Below are positions 47,509 through 58,347 of a stretch of 64,000 nt of DNA, in pieces. Each line of letters opens with the position of its first letter. Positions within the stretch are counted from its first letter, which is position 1. Under the pieces are notes generated by a model. The model saw only the letters and a list, made by a program, of their open reading frames with translations, was not told the origin of the DNA and ran no database searches. Source of the DNA: Trueperaceae bacterium (lineage in GTDB: Bacteria > Deinococcota > Deinococci > Deinococcales > Trueperaceae); contig JBBDRK010000054.1 in NCBI GenBank assembly GCA_040905465.1, forward strand, positions 31,708 to 95,707, written 5' to 3'. The position numbers and the translations under genes are program-made.

Positions 47509-50373
47509 TCAGGCGACATCCTTGACCCGGTTCCTCTCATTGATCTCCGGGACGTGGCGGAGGAACTCGCCGGTTGCCGAGTCCCTGTCCTGCGCTACGC
47601 TCTCGGGTGTCCCGGTGACCACTATCGCGCCGCCGCGAGCGCCGCCATCGGGGCCCAGGTCGATGATCCAGTCGGCGGTCTTGATCACATCGATGTTGTG
47701 CTCGATCACGGCAAGGGTATTGCCGCCGTCGACGAGCCGTTGCAACACGTCCAGGAGCTTCCTGGTGTCGTCGAAGTGCAGACCGGTGGTGGGCTCGTCG
47801 AGAATGTAGAGAGTCTTGCCGGTAGAGCGTCGGCCGAGCTCCGAGGCCAGCTTCACCCGCTGCGCCTCGCCTCCCGAGAGGGTGGGGGAGGGTTGACCGA
47901 CCTTGATGTAGGAGAGGCCCACGTCTTTCATCAACTGCAGCTTGCGAGCGACGTTGGGGATGTTCTCGAAGAAGTCCAGCCCCTCGTCGACGGTCATCTC
48001 GAGGACGTTCGAGATCGACTTGCCGCGTATCTTCACCTCCAGCGTCTCGCGGTTGTAGCGCGCGCCCTTGCAGACCTCGCACGGCACGTAGACGTCAGGC
48101 AGGAAGTACATCTCGACTTTCACGGTACCGTCGCCCCGGCACGCCTCGCAGCGGCCGCCCTTGACATTGAAGGAGAAGCGCCCCGCCTTGTAGCCGCGCT
48201 TGCGTGACTCCGGAGCGCGCGCGAACAGGTCGCGGATGTCGGTGAATATGCCGGTGTAGGTGGCGGGGTTGGAGCGCGGCGTGCGGCCGATCGGACTCTG
48301 GTCGATCTCGATTACCTTGTCGATGTGCTCGCTGCCGAGAATTCGGTCGTGCGCTCCCGGTTGCGCCTTGGCGCGGTAGAGCTGCTTGGCAAGGCTGGCG
48401 TGGAGGATGCCGTGAACGAGCGTCGATTTGCCCGACCCAGAAGGTCCGGTGATGCAGGTCATAGTGCCCAACGGGATCTCGACGTCGATATTGCGGAGGT
48501 TGTGCTCGCGAGCGCCCTTTACCATCAGCTTCTTGCCGCTGCCCTCGCGGCGCCGTTTCGGCACCTCGATCTTCAGCTCGCCTCGCAGGTATGCGGCGGT
48601 GAGCGACGCCGGGTGGCGGGTGAGCTCGGCCGGCGTTCCCGCCGCCACCACTTCGCCACCGTGTATACCGGCGCCGGGCCCGAGGTCGACGATATAGTCC
48701 GAGGCCAGCATGGTGTCCTCGTCGTGCTCGACGACGATGAGCGTGTTTCCCAGGTCGCGCAGGTTGAGCAGCGTGCGCAGGAGCCGGGCATTGTCGCGCG
48801 GGTGCAGGCCGATCGAGGGCTCATCCAGCACGTACAGCACACCGGTGAGCCCGGATCCGACCTGGGTGGCCAGCCGAATCCGCTGGGCCTCGCCGCCGGA
48901 GAGGGTATTGGCGCTACGGTCGAGCGACAGGTAGTCGAGCCCGACATCTTCCAGGAATCCCAGCCGGGCGTTCACCTCGCGGAGGATCGGCCGGGCAACC
49001 TGACCGGCCGGACCGGGAAGCTCCAGTGAGCCGAAGAACGCGTGTGCATCGAGCACGGTCATTCCCGAGAGCTCGGCGATGTTGTGCTCGCCCACTCGTA
49101 CCGCCAGGACCTCGGGCTTGTAGCGGCTCCCAAAGCAGTGCGGACAGGCGACCAGCGACATGAACTCCTCGAGGCGCTCACGAGCGTACTCGCTTGCCGC
49201 TTCCTTCAGGCGCCGGTCGAGGTTGGCGATAACTCCTTCGAACTCAGCCTTGAAGCGCATCGTCTCCCGCCCACCGCGCTTGTAGATCACGTCGACGGGC
49301 TCGCTGCTGCCCTCGAGGATCGCGGTCCTGACGTGATCCGGCAGGTCTCGCCAGGGTGTGGACAGTTCGAAACCGATGGTGTCGGCCAGGGCGTTGAGTC
49401 GGTCCCAGTAGAACACCTTGTTGCCGTCACTACGGCCGCCGCTCCACGGGGCGATCGCCCCCTCGGCTACCGAGAGCGAGTCGTCGGGCACTATCAGGTT
49501 GGGGTCGAACTGCTGCAGGTAGCCGAGTCCGCTGCAGCGCGGGCAGGCGCCGTAGGGCGAGTTGAACGAGAACACCCGCGGTTCCAGCTCCTCGAGGAAG
49601 GTGCCGTGTTCGGGGCAGGCGAACCTCTCGCTGAACAGCTCGTCGATACCGTCGTCGGGCATCCACGCCCGCATCAGGCCGTCACCATTCAACAGTGCCA
49701 GCTCGACCGACTCGGCGATTCGAGCCCGGTCGTCCTCGCGCAGCACGACGCGGTCGACCACCAGATCGATGTCGTGCTTCTCGTAACGCTCGATGTTGCC
49801 TGTCAGCGCTTCATCGAGGGTGAGCACGTTTCCGTCGAGCCGGATCCGAGCGAAGCCCTCTTTCTTGAGGTCGGCGAATAGCTTGCGGTACTCGCCCTTG
49901 CGTCCGCGCACGACCGGCGCGAGTAGCATCGCCCGCACGTCGGCGAAGCGCGAAAGCAACTGCACCACGATCTCGCTGGCCGACTGGCGTTCGATGGGCC
50001 GTCCGCAGACCGGACAGTGCGGGGTGCCGGCGCGCGAGAACAACAGGCGCAGATAGTCGTGTATCTCGGTCACGGTTCCTACCGTCGACCGGGGATTGTG
50101 CGAGGTGGTCTTCTGATCGATCGAAATCGCCGGCGACAGGCCGTCGATGCCATCGACGTCCGGCTTGTCCATCACCCCCAGGAACTGGCGGGCGTAGGCC
50201 GAAAGGCTCTCGACGTAGCGCCGCTGCCCCTCCGCATAGATGGTGTCGAAGGCCAGCGTCGATTTGCCCGAACCCGACACGCCGGTAAAGACTATGAACT
50301 TGTTGCGCGGCAGTTGGAGAGTGATGTCTTTGAGGTTGTGCTCGCGCGCGCCGCGAATAACAAGGTCCTGCAA
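47509..50373 (-). CDS. uvrA: Excinuclease ABC subunit A
   Basis: Two ABC ATPase domains ([24 protein letters not shown]), zinc fingers; AAGGAGG before TTG 50373. Confidence 0.97.
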   Translation of the reverse strand: MQDLVIRGAREHNLKDITLQLPRNKFIVFTGVSGSGKSTLAFDTIYAEGQRRYVESLSAYARQFLGVMDKPDVDGIDGLSPAISIDQKTTSHNPRSTVGTVTEIHDYLRLLFSRAGTPHCPVCGRPIERQSASEIVVQLLSRFADVRAMLLAPVVRGRKGEYRKLFADLKKEGFARIRLDGNVLTLDEALTGNIERYEKHDIDLVVDRVVLREDDRARIAESVELALLNGDGLMRAWMPDDGIDELFSERFACPEHGTFLEELEPRVFSFNSPYGACPRCSGLGYLQQFDPNLIVPDDSLSVAEGAIAPWSGGRSDGNKVFYWDRLNALADTIGFELSTPWRDLPDHVRTAILEGSSEPVDVIYKRGGRETMRFKAEFEGVIANLDRRLKEAASEYARERLEEFMSLVACPHCFGSRYKPEVLAVRVGEHNIAELSGMTVLDAHAFFGSLELPGPAGQVARPILREVNARLGFLEDVGLDYLSLDRSANTLSGGEAQRIRLATQVGSGLTGVLYVLDEPSIGLHPRDNARLLRTLLNLRDLGNTLIVVEHDEDTMLASDYIVDLGPGAGIHGGEVVAAGTPAELTRHPASLTAAYLRGELKIEVPKRRREGSGKKLMVKGAREHNLRNIDVEIPLGTMTCITGPSGSGKSTLVHGILHASLAKQLYRAKAQPGAHDRILGSEHIDKVIEIDQSPIGRTPRSNPATYTGIFTDIRDLFARAPESRKRGYKAGRFSFNVKGGRCEACRGDGTVKVEMYFLPDVYVPCEVCKGARYNRETLEVKIRGKSISNVLEMTVDEGLDFFENIPNVARKLQLMKDVGLSYIKVGQPSPTLSGGEAQRVKLASELGRRSTGKTLYILDEPTTGLHFDDTRKLLDVLQRLVDGGNTLAVIEHNIDVIKTADWIIDLGPDGGARGGAIVVTGTPESVAQDRDSATGEFLRHVPEINERNRVKDVA

Positions 50374-50534
50374 CGGGAGACGCCTCCTTCGCGCTGGGCG
50401 GGCGAGGCAAGCCGCTGATAGTGCCCGATCATGTGTCCGAGCTCGCCTCGCCCCAAACACGCGAGTATATCAGGAGCTTCCTGTTTGCGGGCGTTCAGGG
50501 CGTCACTCTGGGACCCCTGTCGGGGTCGGTCGGC

Positions 50535-50963
50535 TCACGCCGGGCGGTCGTTCCCTCTCATCTCGTCCTCGCCAGCAGGCGACGGGTCCGGCTCGTTGCC
50601 GCCAGTCTCGTTTCCGGCAGGACCGGTGCCGCCGGGACCGTCGTCGCGCGTGTCGCGCCGTTCGACTGCCAGGGTAAGGTTGGCAACCAGGGCAGCGATC
50701 GCCCCGACGGCCGCCCAGGCGGGCAACAGCAGTGTGCCGATCACGCCGACCGTCAGCGGCACCTCGATGAGCGTCTTGCCTTCTTCGTTCTTGATGGTGA
50801 TGCGGCGCACGTTCCCTTCGCGCACCAGCTCCTTGATCTTGGCGATAGCGTCCTCACTTCGCACCCTGAACTCTTCGACTACCGTGCGCTCGCCGCTGGC
50901 TCGCTGGCCCTCTGCTCGCGCGTCGGTTCTCTGGCGGCCTTCGCTGTCGTGGCGTTCACTCAT
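50535..50963 (-). CDS. DUF4342 domain protein
   Basis: KIKELVREGNVRRITIK...IEVPLTVG. Confidence 0.85.
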   Translation of the reverse strand: MSERHDSEGRQRTDARAEGQRASGERTVVEEFRVRSEDAIAKIKELVREGNVRRITIKNEEGKTLIEVPLTVGVIGTLLLPAWAAVGAIAALVANLTLAVERRDTRDDGPGGTGPAGNETGGNEPDPSPAGEDEMRGNDRPA

Positions 50964-51038
50964 GTTCGCTCCAATCGTGCGACTGGTACCTGTGCCATGG
51001 TAAGGCCGGCCCGAGAAAGTTACCCTTTCCTCGAGAAC

Positions 51039-51767
51039 ATGAGAATCGACCTGCACTGTCACACGGAAGCTTCCCACGATTGCGCCTCACCGTTCGACGC
51101 GGTGATCACGCGATGTCGGCAACAGAGTATCGCGGTCCAGGCAGTAACCGATCACGACGAGATTCGCGGTGCGGTCGAGTTGAAGCGAATGGCCACGGCC
51201 CCCGGTGATCCCCGGATAATCGTGGGGGAGGAGGTGACCACGCGCGAGGGGGAGATCATCGGGCTGTTCCTTGAGGAGAAGATTCCGACAGGGCTTTCCC
51301 CAGAGGAGGTCGTGTCGCGCATCCGCGAGCAGGGCGGGTTGGTGCTCCTGCCCCACGGCTTCGATCCACTCAAAGCCCACCGGCTGTCACCGGCCGCGCG
51401 CGAGCGAATCGCGGACGACATAGACATCGTCGAGGTGTTCAACGCGCGCGTTTCCCATCCGAGGCGCAACACTCAGGCGTCGCAATGGGCCGCCGAGCGG
51501 GACCTCCCGGCATCTTCGGGCACCGATGCTCACATCGTATCGGCGCTCGGCACCTCGTGGGTCGAAACACCCGAGCGGGATATAGACGGGCCCGGGGCGC
51601 TGCTGGAGGCGTTGCGCGCTGGAACGGTGAGCGGAACCTGGACCCATCCGGTTGCGGCATACGCCTACAAGCTCTGGGACTCCGGGCGGCGAGCGGCGTA
51701 CCGTACCTGGAAGGGCTTCAGCGGCGGGGTCGAGGCCGCCGTTGCCGGCGACCGGCAGGCCGGTTGA
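51039..51767 (+). CDS. PHP domain phosphoesterase
   Basis: DLHCHT, TDHD, GEE, PH and GTDAH motifs. Confidence 0.88.
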   Translation: MRIDLHCHTEASHDCASPFDAVITRCRQQSIAVQAVTDHDEIRGAVELKRMATAPGDPRIIVGEEVTTREGEIIGLFLEEKIPTGLSPEEVVSRIREQGGLVLLPHGFDPLKAHRLSPAARERIADDIDIVEVFNARVSHPRRNTQASQWAAERDLPASSGTDAHIVSALGTSWVETPERDIDGPGALLEALRAGTVSGTWTHPVAAYAYKLWDSGRRAAYRTWKGFSGGVEAAVAGDRQAG

Positions 51768-51921
51768 GCCTCCAGCAGTCGCGTTCGGCCTCCCGCTGCT
51801 TTGCGCGGGTGGGCGCGACGCGTTACAACATAGGTGGCGCCGGCTCGCGCGGCGGCACAGGCCGCCAGCGACGCCGACCGACAGGGCCGATTGCGAGCCA
51901 GGCGCACTGACGAGGAGAACG

Positions 51922-52272
51922 ATGACTACCGCAGAACTCGGAACCTCCGACCAATCCGAACGCGAATCGAACCGTGTACTCGGTTTCTACGGCCTGTTAC
52001 TGGCCAATCTTGGTTCGTTCGGCATCCTGTTCTTCTGGCTGATCGGGGCGATCCACCTCTGGACCGGCAACGGCGGCCAGGTAACCCTTTTGGGGCTCGA
52101 CGGACTTGCGCTCGTGGCCTTCTGGGTATTCCCCGTGGTCGTCGTGCTCAGTCTCGCGTCATGGTTGCTGTACCTGGCGCGCCTGGACCTGCCGGCCTTT
52201 GGGCTCGCCGGAGCGCCGATCGGGCTGGCCGTCCTCTACTATCTGTGGCTGGTGATGGGTCGCGGCATCTGA
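51922..52272 (+). CDS. Hypothetical small membrane protein
   Basis: Three TMs; GAGGAG SD. Confidence 0.7.
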   Translation: MTTAELGTSDQSERESNRVLGFYGLLLANLGSFGILFFWLIGAIHLWTGNGGQVTLLGLDGLALVAFWVFPVVVVLSLASWLLYLARLDLPAFGLAGAPIGLAVLYYLWLVMGRGI

Positions 52273-52373
52273 CCCGTCGCCCGCCGAACCGCGCTGGGGA
52301 CGCCGTCCCGGCCATGGTAAGCTGAACGAACTCGCGATCCCCTCGCGGGCCCCTTGCTGAGGGAGGAGGCGGC

Positions 52374-53048
52374 TTGAGACTCACTTATCTCGGACACTCG
52401 GCGGTGCTGATAGAGACCTCCGGGCATCGCCTGCTCATCGACCCTTTCCTCACAGGGAACGACAGGGCCTCGGCCTCGGCCGAGGAATTGACGGCCGACT
52501 ACATCCTGCTGTCACACGCTCATGGCGACCATGTCGGAGACACCGAGTCGATCGCACGCCGCTCGGGCTCCACGGTGGTGGCGACGGTGGAGATATGCAA
52601 TCACCTCGCCAAGCAGGGGTTGAACGTCTTCGGCATGAACATCGGCGGATCTCACGAGTTCCCCTTCGGACGCGTGAAGCTCACCCCCGCCTGGCATTCG
52701 AGTTCCTTCGGCGACGGCACATACGGGGGTATGCCTAGCGGCATGGTGATAGAGGCCGGCGGCAAACGCATCTACCACGCCGGCGACACGGCGCTCTTCG
52801 GCGATATGGAGCTGATCGGCGCCGGAGGCCTCGACCTGGCATTCCTCCCGATCGGCGGCAACTTCACCATGGATCCGCAAGATGCCGCCCAGGCTGCCGC
52901 GTTGCTCTCGGCAAGCCGGGTAGTGCCGATCCACTACGATACTTTCGAAGTGATTCGACAGGATCCGCACGAATTCAGGCGCGCGGTCGAGGCGGTCGAC
53001 GCCGGCGAGTGCCTGATAATGGAGCCTGGCCGAACGGTAGAGCTGTAG
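52374..53048 (+). CDS. UPF0173 metallo-beta-lactamase-fold hydrolase
   Basis: SHAHGDH, YHAGDT and PIHY motifs. Confidence 0.9.
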   Translation: MRLTYLGHSAVLIETSGHRLLIDPFLTGNDRASASAEELTADYILLSHAHGDHVGDTESIARRSGSTVVATVEICNHLAKQGLNVFGMNIGGSHEFPFGRVKLTPAWHSSSFGDGTYGGMPSGMVIEAGGKRIYHAGDTALFGDMELIGAGGLDLAFLPIGGNFTMDPQDAAQAAALLSASRVVPIHYDTFEVIRQDPHEFRRAVEAVDAGECLIMEPGRTVEL

Positions 53049-53083
53049 TTTGCCGACACGCCGCCCCATGACCGAATCGGCTC

Positions 53084-54046
53084 GTGCCCGTGGCTGAACG
53101 CCCCGAACGCGCGCCCGCCGGCTATACCGTGCTGAGCGAGTTGGGCTCCGGTCAGACGGCACACGTCTTCCTGGCGGAGCATCGTGAGTACGGCAAGGTA
53201 GCACTAAAGGTCCCCCGCGAGGAGTTGGCCGAACAGCCTGTCTTACGGCGGCTCTTCGAGAACGAGGTGCAGATAACTCTGGGGCTGCGTCATCCCAACG
53301 TGGTCGCCGCGCTCCAGGGAGTTCCTACCGGAGCCGGCTCCTTCCTGGCGCTGGAATACTGCTCCGGCGGCACGCTCGGCGATCTGCTCGCTCGCGAGGG
53401 CAGACTTCCGCTGTCCCAGGCACGCCAACTGATCGTCGCGGTGGCGAGAGGGCTCGAGCACAGTCATTCCCGACAGGTCCTTCACCGCGACGTAAAGCCC
53501 GCGAACGTGTTCCTCACCGGCGATGGTACCGCCAAGCTGGGCGACTTCGGCACCGGAATGCACCTCGGCGACGATAGTGGAGAGCGGGTAGGCACGGCTT
53601 TCTACATGGCACCGGAGATATTCGAAGGCAGCTCGTCCACCGTGCGGAGCGATATCTACAGCCTCGGCATACTCGCCTACGAGGTAGTGGCCGGTATCCG
53701 GCCCTTCTCCGGCGAGTCGTACGAGGACCTGATGATGGCGCACACATCGGGATTCCCCCGTGCCCTCACCCATCACCGCCAGGAGCTGTCGCGCGCCGAA
53801 GCAAAGGTGATCGCCACTGCCATGGCCCGCGATGCGGGGAAGCGCTACGCCGGCGTACGCGAGTTCCGCGAGGCGTTCATGGCGGCTGCCGAGATCCCGG
53901 AGCCGGCCGAGCGCCAGGAGCAGCTCACCGGCAGGGCGAGCCGCAAGGTGAAGTCCACGACCGACGAAAACGAAGAGGGCAACGACGACGGCAAGCGCCA
54001 GTTCGGCGGCCTGCTGGGCTGGTTCAAGCGCAAGCGCGACGATTGA
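53084..54046 (+). CDS. Hanks-type Ser/Thr protein kinase (soluble)
   Basis: VALK, HRDVKPAN, DFG, YMAPE and SDIYSLG motifs. Confidence 0.93.
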   Translation: MPVAERPERAPAGYTVLSELGSGQTAHVFLAEHREYGKVALKVPREELAEQPVLRRLFENEVQITLGLRHPNVVAALQGVPTGAGSFLALEYCSGGTLGDLLAREGRLPLSQARQLIVAVARGLEHSHSRQVLHRDVKPANVFLTGDGTAKLGDFGTGMHLGDDSGERVGTAFYMAPEIFEGSSSTVRSDIYSLGILAYEVVAGIRPFSGESYEDLMMAHTSGFPRALTHHRQELSRAEAKVIATAMARDAGKRYAGVREFREAFMAAAEIPEPAERQEQLTGRASRKVKSTTDENEEGNDDGKRQFGGLLGWFKRKRDD

Positions 54047-54129
54047 CCGTGGCGTCGTCCGTCCCGTTCGGCCGACGCATCGAGGACCGGCCGTGCCGCT
54101 TGGCGTCGCCCGAACGTCGAGTGCGAAAC

Positions 54130-54158
54130 TCGACTGTCGGGTCAAGGCCGTGTATACT
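54130..54158 (+). promoter_or_regulatory. Promoter of the suf operon
   Basis: TCGACT-N17-TATACT. Confidence 0.6.
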
Positions 54159-54263
54159 GAAACTCGGAATTGCTCCTAGAAACGTACGTTTCGGCCAGTC
54201 CGGAACGCGATCAACTGAACAGAGCTGATTTGGCGACGAGCCCAATATCGACAGAGGTAGCGA

Positions 54264-55025
54264 ATGAGTGAGAACAGCCTGGTAATACAAGATCTCCAAG
54301 CCCGCATAACGGGCGGTGAACAGATTCTGCACGGACTCGACCTGACCGTTCCCAAGGGCCAGGTGCACGCCCTGATGGGCCCCAACGGTTCGGGCAAGTC
54401 CACGTTGGCAAAGATCATCGCCGGGGATCCGAGCTATGAGGTAACGGCCGGCGATATCTTCGTCGACGGCGCCAGCGTGTTGGAGATGGAACCCGACGAG
54501 CGAGCGCGGGCGGGATTGTACCTGGCCTTCCAGTATCCGGTAGAGGTGCCGGGCGTGTCGATCGCCAACTTCCTGCGCCTGGCCCTGAATGCACGCCGTG
54601 ACGAGGACGACGAGATCGGCGTGATGGAGTTCTACGAAAAGCTTCAGAAGGCGGTCCAGGCGCTAAACTGGGATGAGTCGATCATCGAGCGCAACTTGCA
54701 CGAAGGCTTTTCCGGTGGCGAGAAGAAGCGTTCCGAGATCCTCCAGTTGCTGGTCCTGGAACCTCGTTATGCGATCCTGGACGAAACCGACTCGGGGCTG
54801 GACGTCGACGCCCTGAAGACGGTGTCCGAAGGGGTGAACGCCGCTCGTGGCCCCGACTTCGGCGCCCTCGTCATCACCCACTATCAGCGTTTGCTCAACT
54901 ACATCGTGCCCGACATGGTGCATGTGATGGTCGGAGGGCGCATCGTCCAGACCGGTGACAAGGAACTGGCGATGGAACTCGACGTCAAGGGGTACGACTG
55001 GGTGCGCGAGCAGGTCGGCGTCTAG
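54264..55025 (+). CDS. sufC: Fe-S cluster assembly ATPase
   Basis: [20 protein letters not shown] and LDETDSGLD motifs. Confidence 0.96.
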   Translation: MSENSLVIQDLQARITGGEQILHGLDLTVPKGQVHALMGPNGSGKSTLAKIIAGDPSYEVTAGDIFVDGASVLEMEPDERARAGLYLAFQYPVEVPGVSIANFLRLALNARRDEDDEIGVMEFYEKLQKAVQALNWDESIIERNLHEGFSGGEKKRSEILQLLVLEPRYAILDETDSGLDVDALKTVSEGVNAARGPDFGALVITHYQRLLNYIVPDMVHVMVGGRIVQTGDKELAMELDVKGYDWVREQVGV

Positions 55026-55087
55026 GATGACCGGCGCCCGCCGCTCGATCCGCCACCCGCATACGCGTACGACGAGAGGAGACTCGC

Positions 55088-56518
55088 ATGGCCGACATGC
55101 CGATTGAACACCCGGACACCAGCAAGCTCCAGGGTATGGAGCATGAGAAGCAGTACGACTTTCAGCTTCCCGAGAAGTACTTCTTCAAGTCCGAAAAGGG
55201 CCTGAACAAGCGGGTAATCGAAAAGATCAGCTACTACAAGAGCGAGCCGCAGTGGATGCTCGACTTCCGCCTGCGCGCGTTCGAGATCGCCGAGAAGAAG
55301 GGCCGGCCCAAGTGGGGCCCGGATCTCAAGACGCTCGACTTCGAGCAGATCTACTTCTACATTCGGCCGCAGGACCGCAAGGGCACCAACAGCTGGGACG
55401 ACGTGCCCGAAGAGGTCCGCGAAACCTACCGGCGCCTCGGCATACCCGAGGCCGAGCAGAAGGCGCTGGCGGGCGTGGGCGCCCAGTACGAGTCTGAGAT
55501 GGTCTACCACAACCTCAAGAAGGAGTGGGAGGACAAGGGCGTCATCTTCCTCGACTCCGACACCGGGCTGCAGAAGCACCCCGAACTGTTCAAGGAGTAC
55601 TTCGCCACGGTGGTGCCGCCCGAGGACAACTACTTCGCGGCGGTCAACTCGGCGGTCTGGTCGGGCGGGTCGTTCGTATACGTGCCGGAAGGCGTCGAGA
55701 TCGAGGTCCCACTTCAGGCCTACTTCCTCATCAACGCCCAGAGCATGGGGCAGTTCGAGCGGACCCTGATCGTTGGTGCTCCCGGCTCCAAGTTCCATTA
55801 CATCGAGGGATGCACCGCGCCCACCTACAACTCCGACTCGTTCCACTCGGGTGTCATCGAGATCGTCTGCCAGGACAACGCGCAGGTTCGCTACTCGACC
55901 ATTCAGAACTGGTCGCACAACGTCTACAACCTGGTGACGCAGCGCGCGATGGTGCATGAAGGTGCCTCGATGGGTTGGCTCGACGGCAACCTGGGATCGA
56001 AGGTCACCATGAAATACCCGAGCTGTTACCTGGTCGGCGAGGGCGCGCACGGCGAGGTGCTGTCTATCGCTTTCGCCGGCAATGGCCAGCACCAGGATGC
56101 CGGGGCCAAGATGATCCATGCGGCTCCGCGCACCACGTCTTCGATCGTGTCGAAGTCGATATCCAAGGGCAGCGGCCGCTCCAGCTATCGCGGGCTGGTG
56201 CAGATTCACGAGGGCGCCGAGTATGCGCGCTCCAACGTCGAGTGCGACGCCTTGCTGCTCGACGATACGGCCAAGACCGACACCTACCCGTACATCGAGA
56301 TCAACGAGAAGACCGCGCACATTGGACACGAGGCAACGGTCAGCAAGCTCAACGACGAACAGGTCTTCTACCTGATGTCGCGTGGCCTTCCGCAGGACGA
56401 GGCGATGGCGCTGATCGTGCGTGGCTTCCTCGAGCCCGTGGCCAAGGAGCTGCCGCTCGAGTATGCGGTGGAGCTCAACCGGCTGATCGAGCTGGAAATG
56501 GAAGGGAGCGTAGGCTAG
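55088..56518 (+). CDS. sufB: Fe-S cluster assembly protein SufB
   Basis: GAQYESE, GQFERT, YIEGCTAP and EYAVELNRLI motifs. Confidence 0.96.
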   Translation: MADMPIEHPDTSKLQGMEHEKQYDFQLPEKYFFKSEKGLNKRVIEKISYYKSEPQWMLDFRLRAFEIAEKKGRPKWGPDLKTLDFEQIYFYIRPQDRKGTNSWDDVPEEVRETYRRLGIPEAEQKALAGVGAQYESEMVYHNLKKEWEDKGVIFLDSDTGLQKHPELFKEYFATVVPPEDNYFAAVNSAVWSGGSFVYVPEGVEIEVPLQAYFLINAQSMGQFERTLIVGAPGSKFHYIEGCTAPTYNSDSFHSGVIEIVCQDNAQVRYSTIQNWSHNVYNLVTQRAMVHEGASMGWLDGNLGSKVTMKYPSCYLVGEGAHGEVLSIAFAGNGQHQDAGAKMIHAAPRTTSSIVSKSISKGSGRSSYRGLVQIHEGAEYARSNVECDALLLDDTAKTDTYPYIEINEKTAHIGHEATVSKLNDEQVFYLMSRGLPQDEAMALIVRGFLEPVAKELPLEYAVELNRLIELEMEGSVG

Positions 56519-56541
56519 GCCCCCGGGCAACCCTGTATTCC

Positions 56542-57876
56542 ATGACGACAATCACAGCGAATCAAGCAGCGGCGAGCGGCCTTTCGAGCGAACTGCTCGA
56601 AGCCCTCATCGCAAGACACGGCGAGCCGGACTGGCTGGCCGAGGAGCGTCGCGCTGCGCTGCGCTCCTTCGAAAACACTCCGTTCCCGACGATGCGCGAC
56701 GAAGCCTGGCGCTACACCGATCTGGAGCGCTTCTCGCTGGCGGGGCTCGAGCCCGCCGGGCCACCTCGCCAGCGGGACGTATCGGAGCGCATCCGCATGC
56801 GGATGACCGATTCCGATGCCGAGGGCGTACTGGTGCACAGCGGCGGCGAGGTGGTCCACCGCGACACGCATGTGAGCGAGCAGGGCGTCATCTTCACCGA
56901 CTTGCGCACCGCCCTGAGCGAGCACGAAGATCTCGTGCGCGAACACCTGTACGGTGCCGTGAACGCCCAGCAGAGCAAGTTTACGGCGCTCAACTCGGCC
57001 TTCTGGGAGAACGGCACCTTCGTGTACGTCCCCCGCAATGTCGAGGTGGAACTGCCGTTCGGCGCCTTCACTACCGCCGACGGTGGGGGGCTCGCCAACG
57101 GCCGCACTTTGGTGGTGGTCGATGTCAATGCCAGCGTCACCTACCTCGACGAGTACACCAGCGAGCCGCTGGACGAGCGACTGTTCTACAACGCGGCAAC
57201 CGAGATCTTTCTAAAGGACGGCGCCAGACTGCGTTACGTCTCGCTGCAGAACTGGAGCCGCGAAGTCACCCACATGAACCGCCTGCGCGCGCATCTGGGT
57301 CGCGACAGCCGGCTGGAGAGCCTGAGCGTGAGCCTGGGCGCCGATGCCGCTCGCGCCGAGGTGGAGAGCCGCCTGGAGGGTCCGGGCGCCGACAGCGAGA
57401 TGCTCGGCCTCTACTTCGCCGACAAGGGCCAGCACTACAACCAGTACACGCTGCAGCACCACGCGGCCGATCACGCAAGGAGCGACCTGTTGTTCAAGGG
57501 CGCCTTGCGCGACGCGTCCACGGCGGTCTACTCGGGCGTCATCCGCGTCGACGAAGGGGCGCAGAAGACCGACGCGTACCAGACCAATCGGAACCTGCTG
57601 CTCGATGCTGAGTCGCAGGCGGTTTCGATCCCGCAGTTGGAGATAGCGGCCAACGATGTGCGCTGCTCGCACGGCTCGACGACCGGTCCGGTTCCCGAGG
57701 ACCAGCGGTTCTACCTGATGAGCCGGGGGCTGCCGCCGGAGTTGGCGGAGCATGTGCTGGTGACCGGCTTCCTCTACGAAGTTATGAGTCGGGTGACGCT
57801 CCCGAAGGTCGCCGAGTATGTCGAGCGGATCGTACAGGCCAAGCTGGGTGTTCCCGGCGTCAAGGAGAAGCTCTGA
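56542..57876 (+). CDS. sufD: Fe-S cluster assembly protein SufD
   Basis: EAWRYT, AQKTDAYQ and PQLEI..NDVRCSHG motifs. Confidence 0.94.
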   Translation: MTTITANQAAASGLSSELLEALIARHGEPDWLAEERRAALRSFENTPFPTMRDEAWRYTDLERFSLAGLEPAGPPRQRDVSERIRMRMTDSDAEGVLVHSGGEVVHRDTHVSEQGVIFTDLRTALSEHEDLVREHLYGAVNAQQSKFTALNSAFWENGTFVYVPRNVEVELPFGAFTTADGGGLANGRTLVVVDVNASVTYLDEYTSEPLDERLFYNAATEIFLKDGARLRYVSLQNWSREVTHMNRLRAHLGRDSRLESLSVSLGADAARAEVESRLEGPGADSEMLGLYFADKGQHYNQYTLQHHAADHARSDLLFKGALRDASTAVYSGVIRVDEGAQKTDAYQTNRNLLLDAESQAVSIPQLEIAANDVRCSHGSTTGPVPEDQRFYLMSRGLPPELAEHVLVTGFLYEVMSRVTLPKVAEYVERIVQAKLGVPGVKEKL

Positions 57877-57881
57877 ACTCC

Positions 57882-58199
57882 GTGACGGAAACACGCGTAG
57901 AAGTCGGCCTGGCCGAGAACTTCCCGGAGGGCAGCGTTACTCCCGTCACGGTAGAGGGCCAGGCTCTGGCTGTCATCCGTCAAGCCGGCGAGTACTTTGC
58001 AGTTCCCGACCGCTGCACCCATGCCAAATTCCCACTTCACGACGGTGAGCTGCTGGACGGGAAGATCAAGTGCCAACACCACGGCGCGACGTTCGACCTG
58101 CGCAGCGGCAGGCCGACCATGCCGGCGGTGAAGAAGTTGCGGCTGTTCGACACCGACGTAGTCGACGGCATGCTGTTCGTGGTGCTGCAGGAGGCCTGA
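57882..58199 (+). CDS. Rieske-type ferredoxin
   Basis: CTH...CQHHGATFD motif; suf context. Confidence 0.9.
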   Translation: MTETRVEVGLAENFPEGSVTPVTVEGQALAVIRQAGEYFAVPDRCTHAKFPLHDGELLDGKIKCQHHGATFDLRSGRPTMPAVKKLRLFDTDVVDGMLFVVLQEA

Positions 58200-58253
58200 C
58201 GCCGCAGGATCGGGGCGGCTGGCTCCGCAGTGATGCCACCCACCATGTTTTAC

Positions 58254-58325
58254 CTCACGGTGATGGGCCCGTAGCCCGTTACCGTGAGACAGGATTGGAC
58301 TACGCTTTCGGCCACTGCCGAAAGC
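58254..58325 (+). other. Two stable hairpins between the suf operon and the SLH-collagen gene
   Basis: 15-bp stem 58254-58288 (two G-U pairs); GCTTTCGGC-CACT-GCCGAAAGC 58304-58325. Confidence 0.55.
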
Positions 58326-58347
58326 ACCGATTCTCTTTGGGGGTGAC

